Positions 1-10,245 of a stretch of 64,000 nucleotides of DNA are shown here, piece by piece. Source of the stretch: Escherichia coli (GTDB taxonomy: Bacteria; Pseudomonadota; Gammaproteobacteria; Enterobacterales; Enterobacteriaceae); NCBI RefSeq assembly GCF_022846255.1, contig NZ_AP025682.1; one strand, given 5' to 3'. A program made the position numbers and the translations under genes. Numbering within the stretch: the first letter of the stretch is position 1; every line of letters begins with the position of its first letter. The notes below the pieces were generated by a model, which was given only the letters and a program-made list of their open reading frames with translations, was not told the DNA's origin and made no database searches.

Positions 1-1026
1 AGCCGGGTTATTGAGCGGCCCTTTTTTGTCGATGATGCGAATACAGGCTTCGTGGGTGCGAATGGTCACTTTTTCGATATCTGCCGCCGTTTTGCCTGCT
101 GCCTGCATCTGTTCATAGAGCGTCATCGCTGCTTCAACTGCCGTCTGGGAGTGGAACTCCGCCGGAAAGGAGATTTTGAACAGCACATTTTCCATGACGT
201 AAGAACCGTACGGACGCTGGAAGCGGAACGACTCACCTTTAAAGGAGACGTCGTAGAAACCCCACACCGGCGCGGTCAGAGCTGACGGGTAACCCATTTC
301 GCCCGTTTTCGCCATCAGCGCCAGACGTACCGCGCGGGACGTGGCATCGCCCGCCGCCCAGGATTTACGCGTACCGGTGTTCGGTGCATGACGATAAGTG
401 CGCAGCGACTGTCCGTCTACCCATGCCAGCGAAACGGCGTTGAGAATTTCCTCGCGGGTCAGGCCGAGCATTTCGGCGACCACGGCGGTGGAAGCCACTT
501 TCACTAACAGAACGTGGTCGAGACCAACGCGGTTAAAGGAGTTTTCCAGCGCGATGCAGCCCTGAATTTCATGGGCTTTGATCATTGCGGTCAGCACCTG
601 TTTCATGGTCAACGGCGCTTTGCCGCTGGCGATCGCGTTGCGCGAAAGCCAGTCCGCCGTTGCCAGAATGCCGCCGAGGTTGTCGGAAGGATGCCCCCAC
701 TCCGCCGCCAGCCAGGTATCGTTGAAATCGAGCCAACGGATCATCGCGCCAATGTTAAATGCCGCCTGGACGGGGTCGAGCTGAAACTGAGTTCCGGGAA
801 CGCGCACGCCGTTGGGTACGACGGTGCCGGGGACAATTGGCCCCAGCAGTTTTTTACAGGCCGGATATTCGAGAGCTTCCAGACCGCAGCCGAGCGTGTC
901 GAGCAGGCAGTAATGTGCGGTGTCGTAGGCTACTCTGGAGCTGATTTCGTAGTTCATCACGTAATCGACGATATCAACGATTTCACGATCAAATTCCGGG
1001 CGAATGTTGTTGATTTGAGCTGACAT
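1..1026 (-). CDS. prpD: 2-methylcitrate dehydratase, N-terminal part; gene runs off the window start
   Basis: Minus-strand translation from ATG at 1024-1026 reads [30 protein letters not shown]..., recognisable PrpD; position directly downstream of prpC; plus-strand ORFs in the track here are antisense artefacts. Confidence 0.9.
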   Translation of the reverse strand, partial: MSAQINNIRPEFDREIVDIVDYVMNYEISSRVAYDTAHYCLLDTLGCGLEALEYPACKKLLGPIVPGTVVPNGVRVPGTQFQLDPVQAAFNIGAMIRWLDFNDTWLAAEWGHPSDNLGGILATADWLSRNAIASGKAPLTMKQVLTAMIKAHEIQGCIALENSFNRVGLDHVLLVKVASTAVVAEMLGLTREEILNAVSLAWVDGQSLRTYRHAPNTGTRKSWAAGDATSRAVRLALMAKTGEMGYPSALTAPVWGFYDVSFKGESFRFQRPYGSYVMENVLFKISFPAEFHSQTAVEAAMTLYEQMQAAGKTAADIEKVTIRTHEACIRIIDKKGPLNNPA

Positions 1027-1059
1027 TGGGTACGTTTCCTTATTGTTATTCGTAGAGGT

Positions 1060-2229
1060 TTACTGGCGCTTATCCAGCGCGACAAACTGGCGGTCTTCCG
1101 GTCCAACGTAATTGGCGGAAGGACGGATAATTTTGTTGTCCTGACGTTGTTCGATAATGTGCGCCGCCCAGCCAGTGACGCGGGCGATAACAAACAGTGG
1201 TGTGAACATCTCGGTGGGAACACCCATCATGTTGTAGGAAACAGCGGAGAACCAGTCGAGATTGGGGAACATCTTTTTGCTCTCCCACATCACTGTTTCC
1301 AGGCGATCGGCGATGTTGTACATCTTCAGCGAGCCGCCTTCCTGCGAGAGCTGCTTTGCCACGCGTTTGATCACCTGGTGGCGCGGGTCGGCGATGGTAT
1401 AAACCGGATGCCCAAAACCAATGACCACTTCTTTGTTTTCCACCCGCTTACGGATATCAGCTTCGGCTTCGCCCGGCGTTTCGTAGCGTTGCTGGATCTC
1501 CAGCGACACTTCATTCGCCCCGCCGTGTTTCGGCCCGCGCAGTGCGCCAATCGCGCCAATAATGGCGGAATACATATCAGAGCCAGTGCCCGCAATCACC
1601 CGGCTGGTAAAGGTGGAAGCGTTAAACTCGTGTTCGGCGTACAGCACCAGCGAGATATGCATCGCCTTTTCCCAGCTTTGCGACGGCTTTTCGCCGTGCA
1701 GCAGATGCAGGAAGTGACCGCCGATAGAGTCGTCATCAGTTTCCGGCTGGATGCGTTCGCCGTTGTGGCTGTAGTGATACCAGTAGAGAAGAATCGAACT
1801 AAGTGACGCCAGCAGTTTGTCGGCAATATCCCGCGCACCAGAAACAGTGTGCCCCTCTTTTTCTGGCAGCGTGCAGCCGAGCGCGGAAACGCCGGTGCGC
1901 ATAACATCCATCGGGTGTGACGCCGCCGGTAAGGCTTCCAGCACGGTACGCACGTTAGCCGGTAAACCACGCTGGGCTTTCAGTTTCGTTTTGTAGGCGG
2001 CGAGTTCGTCACGGGTTGGCAGTTTGCCGTGGATCAGCAGGTGCGCCACTTCTTCAAATTCACAATGTTCCGCCAGATCAAGAATATCGTAGCCACGGTA
2101 ATGCAGGTCGTTGCCGCTTTTACCCACGGTGCAGAGCGCCGTATTGCCCGCCGGAACGCCGGAAAGTGCCACCGATTTTTTCGGTTTAATGACATGGGTA
2201 CTGTTTTGCAGGATCGTTGTGTCGCTCAT
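1060..2229 (-). CDS. prpC: 2-methylcitrate synthase
   Basis: 389-aa ORF with citrate-synthase family sequence; prpBCD gene order. Confidence 0.95.
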   Translation of the reverse strand: MSDTTILQNSTHVIKPKKSVALSGVPAGNTALCTVGKSGNDLHYRGYDILDLAEHCEFEEVAHLLIHGKLPTRDELAAYKTKLKAQRGLPANVRTVLEALPAASHPMDVMRTGVSALGCTLPEKEGHTVSGARDIADKLLASLSSILLYWYHYSHNGERIQPETDDDSIGGHFLHLLHGEKPSQSWEKAMHISLVLYAEHEFNASTFTSRVIAGTGSDMYSAIIGAIGALRGPKHGGANEVSLEIQQRYETPGEAEADIRKRVENKEVVIGFGHPVYTIADPRHQVIKRVAKQLSQEGGSLKMYNIADRLETVMWESKKMFPNLDWFSAVSYNMMGVPTEMFTPLFVIARVTGWAAHIIEQRQDNKIIRPSANYVGPEDRQFVALDKRQ

Positions 2230-2269
2230 ATTGTCCTCGTCATTGTTATCATTTGTAGGGTCGAGATTG

Positions 2270-2360
2270 TTGTCGGATGCGACGCTATGCGTCTTATCCG
2301 ACCTACAGTTCAGTTCACCTCGTAGGCCTGATAAGTCGCGTCAGCGGCGCATCAGGCATC
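2270..2360. repeat. REP/BIME-like palindromic units in prpB-prpC intergenic region
   Basis: GTCGGATGCGACGC...GCGTCTTATCCGACCTAC and GTAGGCCTGATAAGTCGCG...CGCATCAGGC motifs typical of enterobacterial REP sequences. Confidence 0.7.
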
Positions 2361-2388
2361 GGTTGTCGAATACAACCAACGGGCGTTT

Positions 2389-3279
2389 TTATTTCACCTG
2401 ACCACGGGCAAACAGGTCGTCGAGCTTCTCTTCGTACTGGTAGTAGTTGATGCTTTCGTACAGCTCGTTGCGGGTCTGCATGGTGTCGATGACGCTTTTC
2501 TGTGTGCCTTCCTGACGCAGGATGTTGTAGACATGTTCAGCGGCGCGGTTCATGGCGCGAAACGCTGAAAGCGGGTAGAGCGCCATTGCGACATGGGCGC
2601 TGCGTAATTCGTCGGTGGTAAACAGCGGTGTTGCGCCAAATTCGGTAATGTTGGCGAGGATCGGCACCTGCACCGCATCGGCAAACTGGCGATACATGGT
2701 GAGTTCGGTAATCGCCTCCGGGAACAGCATTTCGGCACCCGCTTCAACATAGGCCTCCGCTCGTTCGATTGCCGCATCCAGCCCCTCTACCGCCAGCGCA
2801 TCGGTGCGCGCCATGATCACAAAATCAGGATCGGTTTTCGCATCCACCGCCGCGCAGATCCGATCCACCATCTCTTCTTTCGAGACGATCGCTTTATTCG
2901 GACGATGACCGCAGCGTTTCGCACCAACCTGATCTTCAATATGCAATCCTGCCGCACCGGCTTTAATCATTGATTTCACCGTACGCGCCACGTTAAAGGC
3001 TGAAGAACCAAAACCGATATCCGCATCCACCAGCAGCGGCAGCGAACAAACGTCGGTAATACGGCGAATGTCAGTCAGCACATCATCAAGAGTAGAAATA
3101 CCGAGATCGGGCAGCCCCAGCGATCCTGCCGCCACGCCACCGCCGGAGAGATAAATCGCCTGATATCCGGCACGCTGCGCCAACAGCGCATGGTTGGCGT
3201 TAATGGTGCCAACAATTTGCAACGGGGTTTCTTTGCTAAGTGCAGCGCGAAACGCTTTACCTGGAGAGTGTAGAGACAT
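2389..3279 (-). CDS. prpB: 2-methylisocitrate lyase
   Basis: 296-aa ORF, PEP-mutase/isocitrate-lyase family sequence; upstream of prpC on the same strand. Confidence 0.95.
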   Translation of the reverse strand: MSLHSPGKAFRAALSKETPLQIVGTINANHALLAQRAGYQAIYLSGGGVAAGSLGLPDLGISTLDDVLTDIRRITDVCSLPLLVDADIGFGSSAFNVARTVKSMIKAGAAGLHIEDQVGAKRCGHRPNKAIVSKEEMVDRICAAVDAKTDPDFVIMARTDALAVEGLDAAIERAEAYVEAGAEMLFPEAITELTMYRQFADAVQVPILANITEFGATPLFTTDELRSAHVAMALYPLSAFRAMNRAAEHVYNILRQEGTQKSVIDTMQTRNELYESINYYQYEEKLDDLFARGQVK

Positions 3280-3325
3280 AGCCCATCCTTTGTTATCAAC
3301 TTGTTATTTGCGTTGATAAACACAA

Positions 3326-3341
3326 AGCAAGGGGTGTGCCA
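3326..3341 (-). promoter_or_regulatory. sigma54 (-24/-12) promoter for prpBCD
   Basis: Minus strand reads TGGCAC-ACCCC-TTGCT, matching the TGGCAC-N5-TTGCW consensus, about 45 bp upstream of the prpB start; PrpR is a sigma54-dependent activator. Confidence 0.6.
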
Positions 3342-3505
3342 CAATTGACTGAATAAAATTAAATGTTTAATTTCAATGAGTTAAAGATAAATTCATGAAG
3401 TAATCCGCAAATATGCGTTTCAGTTAACGTTTCAGGCAATGTTTCACCGCGTTTCATTGCAACAATTATGAAACAAGGCTAAACCCAATATTCGGTTTCT
3501 TAACT

Positions 3506-5104
3506 TTGCGGTGCGCTATGGCACATCCACCACGGCTGAATGACGACAAACCGGTTATCTGGACGGTATCTGTAACGCGGCTGTTCGAGTTATTTCGCGA
3601 TATCAGCCTCGAGTTTGATCACCTGGCGAATATCACCCCTATCCAGCTTGGCTTTGAAAAAGCGGTGACCTACATCCGCAAGAAACTGGCAAACGAACGC
3701 TGCGACGCCATCATCGCTGCTGGCTCTAACGGCGCATATCTTAAAAGCCGCCTGTCAGTGCCAGTTATTTTGATTAAACCGAGCGGCTACGATGTGTTAC
3801 AGGCACTGGCAAAAGCCGGAAAACTCACCTCTTCTATCGGCGTTGTCACCTATCAGGAAACCATTCCAGCGCTGGTGGCGTTTCAAAAGACCTTTAATTT
3901 GCGCCTCGACCAACGTAGTTACATCACCGAAGAAGACGCCCGCGGGCAAATCAATGAGTTGAAAGCCAACGGCACCGAAGCGGTGGTCGGCGCGGGGCTG
4001 ATTACCGATCTGGCAGAAGAAGCCGGAATGACCGGAATTTTTATCTATTCCGCCGCCACCGTGCGCCAGGCGTTCAGCGATGCGCTGGATATGACGCGCA
4101 TGTCTCTACGGCATAACACTCACGATGCCACCCGCAACGCCCTGCGTACTCGTTACGTGCTGGGCGATATGCTCGGTCAATCACCACAGATGGAACAGGT
4201 GCGGCAGACTATTTTGCTGTATGCCCGCTCCAGTGCGGCGGTGTTGATTGAGGGGGAAACGGGGACGGGCAAAGAGCTGGCGGCCCAGGCGATTCATCGG
4301 GAATATTTTGCCCGCCACGATGCGCGACAGGGCAAAAAGTCACATCCGTTTGTTGCCGTCAACTGCGGGGCGATTGCCGAATCGCTGCTGGAAGCAGAGC
4401 TGTTTGGCTATGAGGAAGGGGCGTTCACCGGCTCGCGACGCGGAGGTCGCGCCGGGCTGTTCGAAATTGCCCACGGCGGTACGCTGTTTCTGGATGAGAT
4501 TGGCGAAATGCCGCTACCTTTGCAGACTCGCCTGTTACGGGTGCTGGAAGAAAAAGAGGTCACCCGCGTCGGCGGGCATCAGCCTGTTCCGGTGGATGTG
4601 CGGGTCATTAGCGCCACTCACTGCAATCTGGAAGAAGATATGCAGCAAGGGCAGTTTCGCCGTGACCTGTTTTATCGGCTGAGTATTTTACGCCTGCAAC
4701 TGCCGCCGCTACGCGAGCGGGTGGCGGATATTCTGCCGCTGGCGGAAAGCTTTTTGAAAGTGTCTCTGGCGGCGCTCTCCGCCCCGTTTTCTGCCGCATT
4801 ACGCCAGGGGTTACAGGCAAGTGAAACTGTGCTGCTGCGCTACGACTGGCCGGGCAATATTCGAGAACTGCGCAATATGATGGAGCGACTGGCGCTGTTT
4901 TTAAGTGTGGAACCGACGCCGGATTTAACGCCGCAATTTTTGCAGCTGCTACTGCCGGAACTGGCACGCAAGTCGGCGAAGACTCCCATTCCAGGCTTGC
5001 TGACAGCACAACAGGCACTGGAGAAATTTAATGGCGATAAGACAGCAGCGGCGAATTATTTAGGTATCAGCCGAACGACGTTCTGGCGGCGGCTGAAAAG
5101 CTGA
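3506..5104 (+). CDS. prpR: sigma54-dependent transcriptional activator of propionate catabolism (true start possibly at 3518, MAHPPRLN...)
   Basis: 532-aa ORF with AAA+ sigma54-interaction motifs ([13 protein letters not shown]) and C-terminal HTH; divergent from prpB. Confidence 0.9.
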   Translation: MRCAMAHPPRLNDDKPVIWTVSVTRLFELFRDISLEFDHLANITPIQLGFEKAVTYIRKKLANERCDAIIAAGSNGAYLKSRLSVPVILIKPSGYDVLQALAKAGKLTSSIGVVTYQETIPALVAFQKTFNLRLDQRSYITEEDARGQINELKANGTEAVVGAGLITDLAEEAGMTGIFIYSAATVRQAFSDALDMTRMSLRHNTHDATRNALRTRYVLGDMLGQSPQMEQVRQTILLYARSSAAVLIEGETGTGKELAAQAIHREYFARHDARQGKKSHPFVAVNCGAIAESLLEAELFGYEEGAFTGSRRGGRAGLFEIAHGGTLFLDEIGEMPLPLQTRLLRVLEEKEVTRVGGHQPVPVDVRVISATHCNLEEDMQQGQFRRDLFYRLSILRLQLPPLRERVADILPLAESFLKVSLAALSAPFSAALRQGLQASETVLLRYDWPGNIRELRNMMERLALFLSVEPTPDLTPQFLQLLLPELARKSAKTPIPGLLTAQQALEKFNGDKTAAANYLGISRTTFWRRLKS

Positions 5105-5204
5105 ACTGCCGAATGCAGCGCGAACGCTTTATCCGGCATAAATTTCAATAGATGATGATCACCGATAAACTTACGCATCGGGGATGTTTACATAGGATTC
5201 AGAA

Positions 5205-5480
5205 TTACTTCTTCTTATAAATATTTGCCGTGCCGTGGATCTTATTGTCAGTTTGACCAGAGGTCAGTACCAACACATCAGCCCCTTTTTCATCGGCTTT
5301 TTTGATCAAATCTTCTTTCGCATCTGCGGTCGACATTTCATTACTGGTTGAAATATCACCTATTTTTTCATATTGCGATGCAACCTTTTCAAATTCCGCT
5401 TTGGTCATTAATTCTGCGGCATAGACATTGGTAACGGCAAACGCTAACGCACCGACTAACATTTTAGAGATTATTTTCAT
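5205..5480 (-). CDS. yahO: small periplasmic stress-induced protein (DUF1471/YahO family)
   Basis: 91-aa ORF with N-terminal signal peptide; conserved position beside prpR. Confidence 0.8.
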   Translation of the reverse strand: MKIISKMLVGALAFAVTNVYAAELMTKAEFEKVASQYEKIGDISTSNEMSTADAKEDLIKKADEKGADVLVLTSGQTDNKIHGTANIYKKK

Positions 5481-5626
5481 ATTACGGCTCCAGAGTTGTT
5501 ATCACACTATCACCCACCCACATTATTGGGTTGATTAATAATTAGTTCAGTCAGGGCATAAACGCCAGTAACCGGAAATAAGACACTTTGTGATCTCTCT
5601 CGCACCCGATTATTTTTGGTAGAAAT

Positions 5627-6301
5627 ATGATGAAGTTACTTCACTTATTTATGGATGAAATCACTATGGATCCTTTGCACGCCGTTTACCTGACCGTAGG
5701 ATTGTTCGTGATTACTTTTTTTAATCCGGGAGCCAATCTCTTTGTGGTAGTACAAACCAGCCTGGCTTCCGGTCGACGCGCAGGGGTGTTGACCGGGCTG
5801 GGCGTGGCGCTGGGCGATGCATTTTATTCCGGGTTGGGTTTGTTTGGTCTTGCAACGCTAATTACGCAGTGTGAGGAGATTTTTTCGCTTATCAGAATCG
5901 TCGGCGGTGCTTATCTTTTATGGTTTGCGTGGTGTAGTAGCATGCGCCGCCACTCAACACCGCAAATGAGCACACTACAACAACCGATTAGCGCCCCCTG
6001 GTATGTCTTTTTCCGCCGTGGATTAATTACCGATCTCTCTAACCCGCAAACCGTTTTATTTTTTATCAGTATTTTCTCAGTAACATTACATGCCGAAACA
6101 CCAACATGGGCACGATTAATGGCCTGGGCGGGGATTGTGCTCGCATCAATTATCTGGCGAGTCTTTCTTAGTCAGGCGTTTTCTTTGCCCGCAGTGCGTC
6201 GTGCTTATGGGCGTATGCAACGCGTTGCCAGTTGGGTTATTGGTGCAATTATTGGTGTATTCGCGCTACGCCTGATTTACGAAGGGGTGACGCAGCGGTG
6301 A
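5627..6301 (+). CDS. yahN: LysE/RhtB-family amino-acid exporter
   Basis: 224-aa hydrophobic ORF with multiple predicted TM segments; conserved synteny. Confidence 0.8.
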   Translation: MMKLLHLFMDEITMDPLHAVYLTVGLFVITFFNPGANLFVVVQTSLASGRRAGVLTGLGVALGDAFYSGLGLFGLATLITQCEEIFSLIRIVGGAYLLWFAWCSSMRRHSTPQMSTLQQPISAPWYVFFRRGLITDLSNPQTVLFFISIFSVTLHAETPTWARLMAWAGIVLASIIWRVFLSQAFSLPAVRRAYGRMQRVASWVIGAIIGVFALRLIYEGVTQR

Positions 6302-6317
6302 GCAGATAATTTACTCT

Positions 6318-6563
6318 CTACGTAATCAACCTGATTTGCCGAATCCCAACCATCGGCGATGATAGCCCCCGTAATGCGTGGTCCTTATTTCCGATAAGTT
6401 TACTTGAGTCTTTAGCTTCCCATTTCAGCCCACTCTCCCCTGTGTGGGCTTTTTTCATTGTTCTGACCCGTCCTGAATAGCCAAACAATGGCAATGTTCC
6501 ACTTTGCAGGGATGATAATAAGGGGATCTGATTCAGAAAAGTTTTGAAAAGTTGGACCGCCAT
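6318..6563 (-). CDS. yahM: small protein YahM (81 aa from internal Met)
   Basis: Position and length match yahM synteny between yahN and yahK; no sequence-level confirmation possible. Confidence 0.4.
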   Translation of the reverse strand: MAVQLFKTFLNQIPLLSSLQSGTLPLFGYSGRVRTMKKAHTGESGLKWEAKDSSKLIGNKDHALRGLSSPMVGIRQIRLIT

Positions 6564-7184
6564 CGAGGCCTCGAACCCCGTACCATACAACAATCCTGGT
6601 TGTCGTCTGCTCTTCCTGATGAGCTAATGGCGGTTTTTGATATGAGCCTTACAACATATTTTCTGTCAGGCTTGAGTGCGATGCGTAAGATACAGAAAAG
6701 ACCCCACACAAACATGATGGAATTATGATTTTTTTCATATGAATGTCAACCCACACATTCACAAAACATCTGTATGAGAACATTTTTTATACACCATATA
6801 GCTGCGAAACCACTACTGGTGCTTTTTTAAGCGAAACTCCGCCGTTCACAACAAAATATCGGCGAAAAAGGAGGGGGAATGCCATTTGGCATACAGATAC
6901 ACAGATGAAATGATGACCTGCTTTGCGATTCACTCTCTGGTGGAATAACAACTTGCAGGTGGCTCTCTTAAATAAAAATAAACGTCGCAGATAATAAAGC
7001 TCTGATTAAACCATACACTATCAGAAATCGCTCATAACTAACGTGTAAAGTAGTGGAGTTAATTTAACAATCTGAATTTACGCTATAGGTTTACCACTAC
7101 TTTGATATTATTTCGCTCTCCTTAACTAAAAAGTTAAGTGGAGCGAAGTTAATATGTTAAACCACAGGATGTTTATTAATTTTT

Positions 7185-8234
7185 TCAGTCTGTTAGTGTG
7201 CGATTATCGATAACAAAACGATATTTCACATCACCACGCAGCATTCGCTCATAGGCTTCATTAATTTGATCGGCCCGAATCATCTCTATATCAGCCACGA
7301 TGCCATGTTCGGCGCAAAAATCGAGCATCTCCTGAGTTTCTGGAATGCCGCCAATCATAGAACCAGCTATCGCGCGGCGTTTCATGATCAGGTTGAAAAC
7401 TTCCGGGGATTTATGCGGTGTCGCAGGCGCACCAACCAGCGTTATGGTGCCATCGCGCTTCAGCAAGGTGGTAAAATCGTCGAGATTATGTGGCGCAGCT
7501 ACTGTATTCAAAATGAAATCGAAACTCTTCACATGAGCCGCCATCTCATCGGCATTGCGTGAGTTAACAACTTCATCGGCCCCCAGGGCTTTTGCCGCTT
7601 CGCGTTTTGACTCAGAAGTGGTAAATGCCACCACATGCGCCCCCATCGCGTGGGCCAGTTTAATCCCCATATGTCCCAGACCGCCGATGCCGACCACGCC
7701 CACTTTTTTACCCGGCCCGGCCTGCCAGTGGCGTAGCGGCGAGTACGTGGTGATTCCTGCACACAATAAAGGAGCCACCGCCGCCAGCTGCTCTTGCGGG
7801 TGACGAATACGCAGAACATATCGCTCATGAACGACGATCTGTTGTGAGTAGCCGCCCAGAGTATGGCCCGGTTCATCCGGTGTCGGCGAGTTATAGGTTC
7901 CGGTCATGTGATCACAGTAGTTTTCCAGCCCATCTTCACACTCTTCGCAATGTTTACAACTGTCGACAATGCAGCCGACACCAACCAGATCGCCCGGCGC
8001 ATGTTTTTCTACCTGATCACCAACGGCTACCACGCGCCCCACAATTTCATGACCCGGCACGCAGGGGTAAACCGTCCCCGCCCACTCCGAACGGACCTGG
8101 TGGAGATCGGAATGGCAGACGCCACAGTAAGCGATTTCGATTTTGACATCATGCGGTCCCGGTTCACGCCGGGTGATATCCATCGGTTCAAGGGGTTGTT
8201 TAGCGGAATATGCACCAACAGCTTTGATCTTCAT
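7185..8234 (-). CDS. yahK: NADPH-dependent aldehyde reductase, zinc-containing alcohol dehydrogenase family
   Basis: 349-aa ORF with GHEIVG zinc-ADH motif and GIGGLG Rossmann motif. Confidence 0.9.
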   Translation of the reverse strand: MKIKAVGAYSAKQPLEPMDITRREPGPHDVKIEIAYCGVCHSDLHQVRSEWAGTVYPCVPGHEIVGRVVAVGDQVEKHAPGDLVGVGCIVDSCKHCEECEDGLENYCDHMTGTYNSPTPDEPGHTLGGYSQQIVVHERYVLRIRHPQEQLAAVAPLLCAGITTYSPLRHWQAGPGKKVGVVGIGGLGHMGIKLAHAMGAHVVAFTTSESKREAAKALGADEVVNSRNADEMAAHVKSFDFILNTVAAPHNLDDFTTLLKRDGTITLVGAPATPHKSPEVFNLIMKRRAIAGSMIGGIPETQEMLDFCAEHGIVADIEMIRADQINEAYERMLRGDVKYRFVIDNRTLTD

Positions 8235-8320
8235 TGTGTTTACTCCTGATTAGCTATGTGTATTTGGCGATGCCTGATATGTCATCGCGGCAAAACGCGT
8301 CCATTGAATATAGCCAATAT

Positions 8321-9277
8321 TTAAACCACCCGATCCAGCCCCAACATGCCGCGAGCCTGAATGAAACAGAGCAGCAACGTTCCCCATAAGGCCATCGTCA
8401 GGTAGGGGCTTATACCGAGAATATTGAAGCCGCTTTCAATAATTTGCAGAAGAAACAGCGCCAGCACCATACCAATTATCCGCCCGCTGCCGCCGTCCGG
8501 ATTAACCCCGCCGAGTACTGCCGCGAGGATTGACACCAGCAAGTACGATTCGCCATAAGAGGCCTTAGCCGAGTTGAGTTTCGACATCATCAAAAATGCC
8601 GCTACCGCACAAAGCAAGGCGGAAATGACATACACCCATATCAGCACCCGACGAGTGTTAATACCGGAGTAAAGTGTTGCTCGTTCGTTAGAACCAATCA
8701 GATAAATGGCTTTACCGAGCGGCGTTTTCTCCAGCAATATCCACAGCCCCAGCGCCACTGCGGTAAACAACCACATCGGTAGCGGAATACCGAACCACTG
8801 TGCATGATTCAACCACAGCACCCATGAGGGATAATTGGCAATGGCGCTACCGCCTGTCACCAGAATATTTACCCCTTTGAGCAACGTCATCATCCCAAGC
8901 GTTGCAAGAATTGGCGACACTCGAATACCAGCAATCAATACGCCGTTACATAAACCGATTATCACCGCCGCGCCAGCGCCTGCCAGTAACGTAGCGACAA
9001 CCGTAGCAATACCCGGTGGATACTGAGTCGCCACCCACGCCATCACCAGTGAACAGGCGTTAGCAGTGGCTATAATTGACAAGTTAATGCCACCGCAAAG
9101 CATGGTCACCGCCATAGCCAACGCCAGAATGCCCAGCACGGGCATTTGCGAAGCGACGGACTGGAAATTACTTATCGACCAGAAAATCTCCGGCATAGTA
9201 ATGCTGAAGGCGGCAACAGTTAGCACCAGCAGGCCGATCAAGTAAAACTCAACGTTATTACGCCACGATTTTTTCAT
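8321..9277 (-). CDS. ABC transporter permease (RbsC/LsrD-like); start taken at MKKSW, ORF extends to 9307
   Basis: Highly hydrophobic 318-328 aa ORF; 4-bp overlap with upstream permease. Confidence 0.8.
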   Translation of the reverse strand: MKKSWRNNVEFYLIGLLVLTVAAFSITMPEIFWSISNFQSVASQMPVLGILALAMAVTMLCGGINLSIIATANACSLVMAWVATQYPPGIATVVATLLAGAGAAVIIGLCNGVLIAGIRVSPILATLGMMTLLKGVNILVTGGSAIANYPSWVLWLNHAQWFGIPLPMWLFTAVALGLWILLEKTPLGKAIYLIGSNERATLYSGINTRRVLIWVYVISALLCAVAAFLMMSKLNSAKASYGESYLLVSILAAVLGGVNPDGGSGRIIGMVLALFLLQIIESGFNILGISPYLTMALWGTLLLCFIQARGMLGLDRVV

Positions 9278-10245
9278 AGCAGACTCCGGTTCTGATGCTG
9301 ACTCCACGCCGTGGCGCTAATGCTGGCAACGATGATGATGCCAGTGATCAATGTTTGCCAGTAAGACGAGACTCCCAATAAATTTAGCCCGTTTTGCATC
9401 ACTGCCAACAACACCACGCCGAGCAAAGTACCGGTTAACGTGCCGCGCCCGCCGAGCAAACTAGTGCCGCCAAGCACCACCGCAGCCAGTACTGTCAGCT
9501 CATAACCCAGAAGAGAATCGGGGGCGACAGTCATCACCGTCCACGACTGCACTACACCCGCAGCACCAGACATCAATCCCATATAGCCATAGACGAAAAG
9601 TTGCAGTTTCAGCACACTAAAGCCGATGCGACTGGCTGATTCGCGGTTCCCGCCAAGGGCATAAATTTTGCGCCCTACACTGGTGAAATTCATGATAAAC
9701 GCTGTTAGCAGCACCACCGTAATCATGGCGATCAGCGGTAGACCAAGGCCATAGTCATAGCCATCAGCATCGGTGTACTTGAACAACATAACCCCCTGCT
9801 CAAACCACGGCGGAAAGTCGTACAGCCACACACCTTTACTCAACCATAACAGCAGGCCATAGAAAATATTCAGCGTCGAGATAGTGATGATGATAGAAGG
9901 CACCCGTAGGCGATTAACCAGTAAGGCGTTAATTAAGCCAAGTAAAATGCCGATGCCGCCCGCCAGTGCAAACGCGACAGCAAAGTTACCACCCATTTTT
10001 TGCAGCAACAGCACCATGCCGTATTGCGCAATGATGGTCATTGCTGGAAACGAAATATCAATTCCACCGGAAATCAACACCACAAACAAACCACAGGCGA
10101 GAATAGTCAACATGGCATAGTTATTGGCGAGATCGTACAAATTACCGAATGTCAGAAACTCGTCGCTGCGCCAGGCAAGGCCGACAAACAGCCCCACAAT
10201 CAGTAATGCCAGCCAGAATTCATGACGTTTTTTCAGTTCAGCCAT
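9274..10245 (-). CDS. ABC transporter permease (RbsC/LsrC-like)
   Basis: 323-aa hydrophobic ORF; overlaps the ATPase gene by 8 bp. Confidence 0.8.
   Translation of the reverse strand: MAELKKRHEFWLALLIVGLFVGLAWRSDEFLTFGNLYDLANNYAMLTILACGLFVVLISGGIDISFPAMTIIAQYGMVLLLQKMGGNFAVAFALAGGIGILLGLINALLVNRLRVPSIIITISTLNIFYGLLLWLSKGVWLYDFPPWFEQGVMLFKYTDADGYDYGLGLPLIAMITVVLLTAFIMNFTSVGRKIYALGGNRESASRIGFSVLKLQLFVYGYMGLMSGAAGVVQSWTVMTVAPDSLLGYELTVLAAVVLGGTSLLGGRGTLTGTLLGVVLLAVMQNGLNLLGVSSYWQTLITGIIIVASISATAWSQHQNRSLL

Noticed and set aside
514-1023. 169-aa plus-strand ORF (and other plus-strand ORFs at 52-285, 578-784, 759-944)
   Set aside because: Lies antisense inside prpD, whose minus-strand translation is clearly 2-methylcitrate dehydratase; GC-rich antisense frames commonly stay open by chance.
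1147-1806. 219-aa plus-strand ORF
   Set aside because: Antisense within prpC; no independent start or RBS context, Arg/His-rich composition typical of a spurious frame.
4248-4682. 144-aa plus-strand ORF in alternate frame, and 4608-5018 minus-strand ORF
   Set aside because: Both are embedded in prpR; Arg-rich low-complexity translations.
6533-6715. 60-aa minus-strand ORF next to yahM
   Set aside because: Overlaps the yahM upstream region, lacks RBS and conserved features; possibly a remnant of the missing yahL locus but not supportable as a gene.
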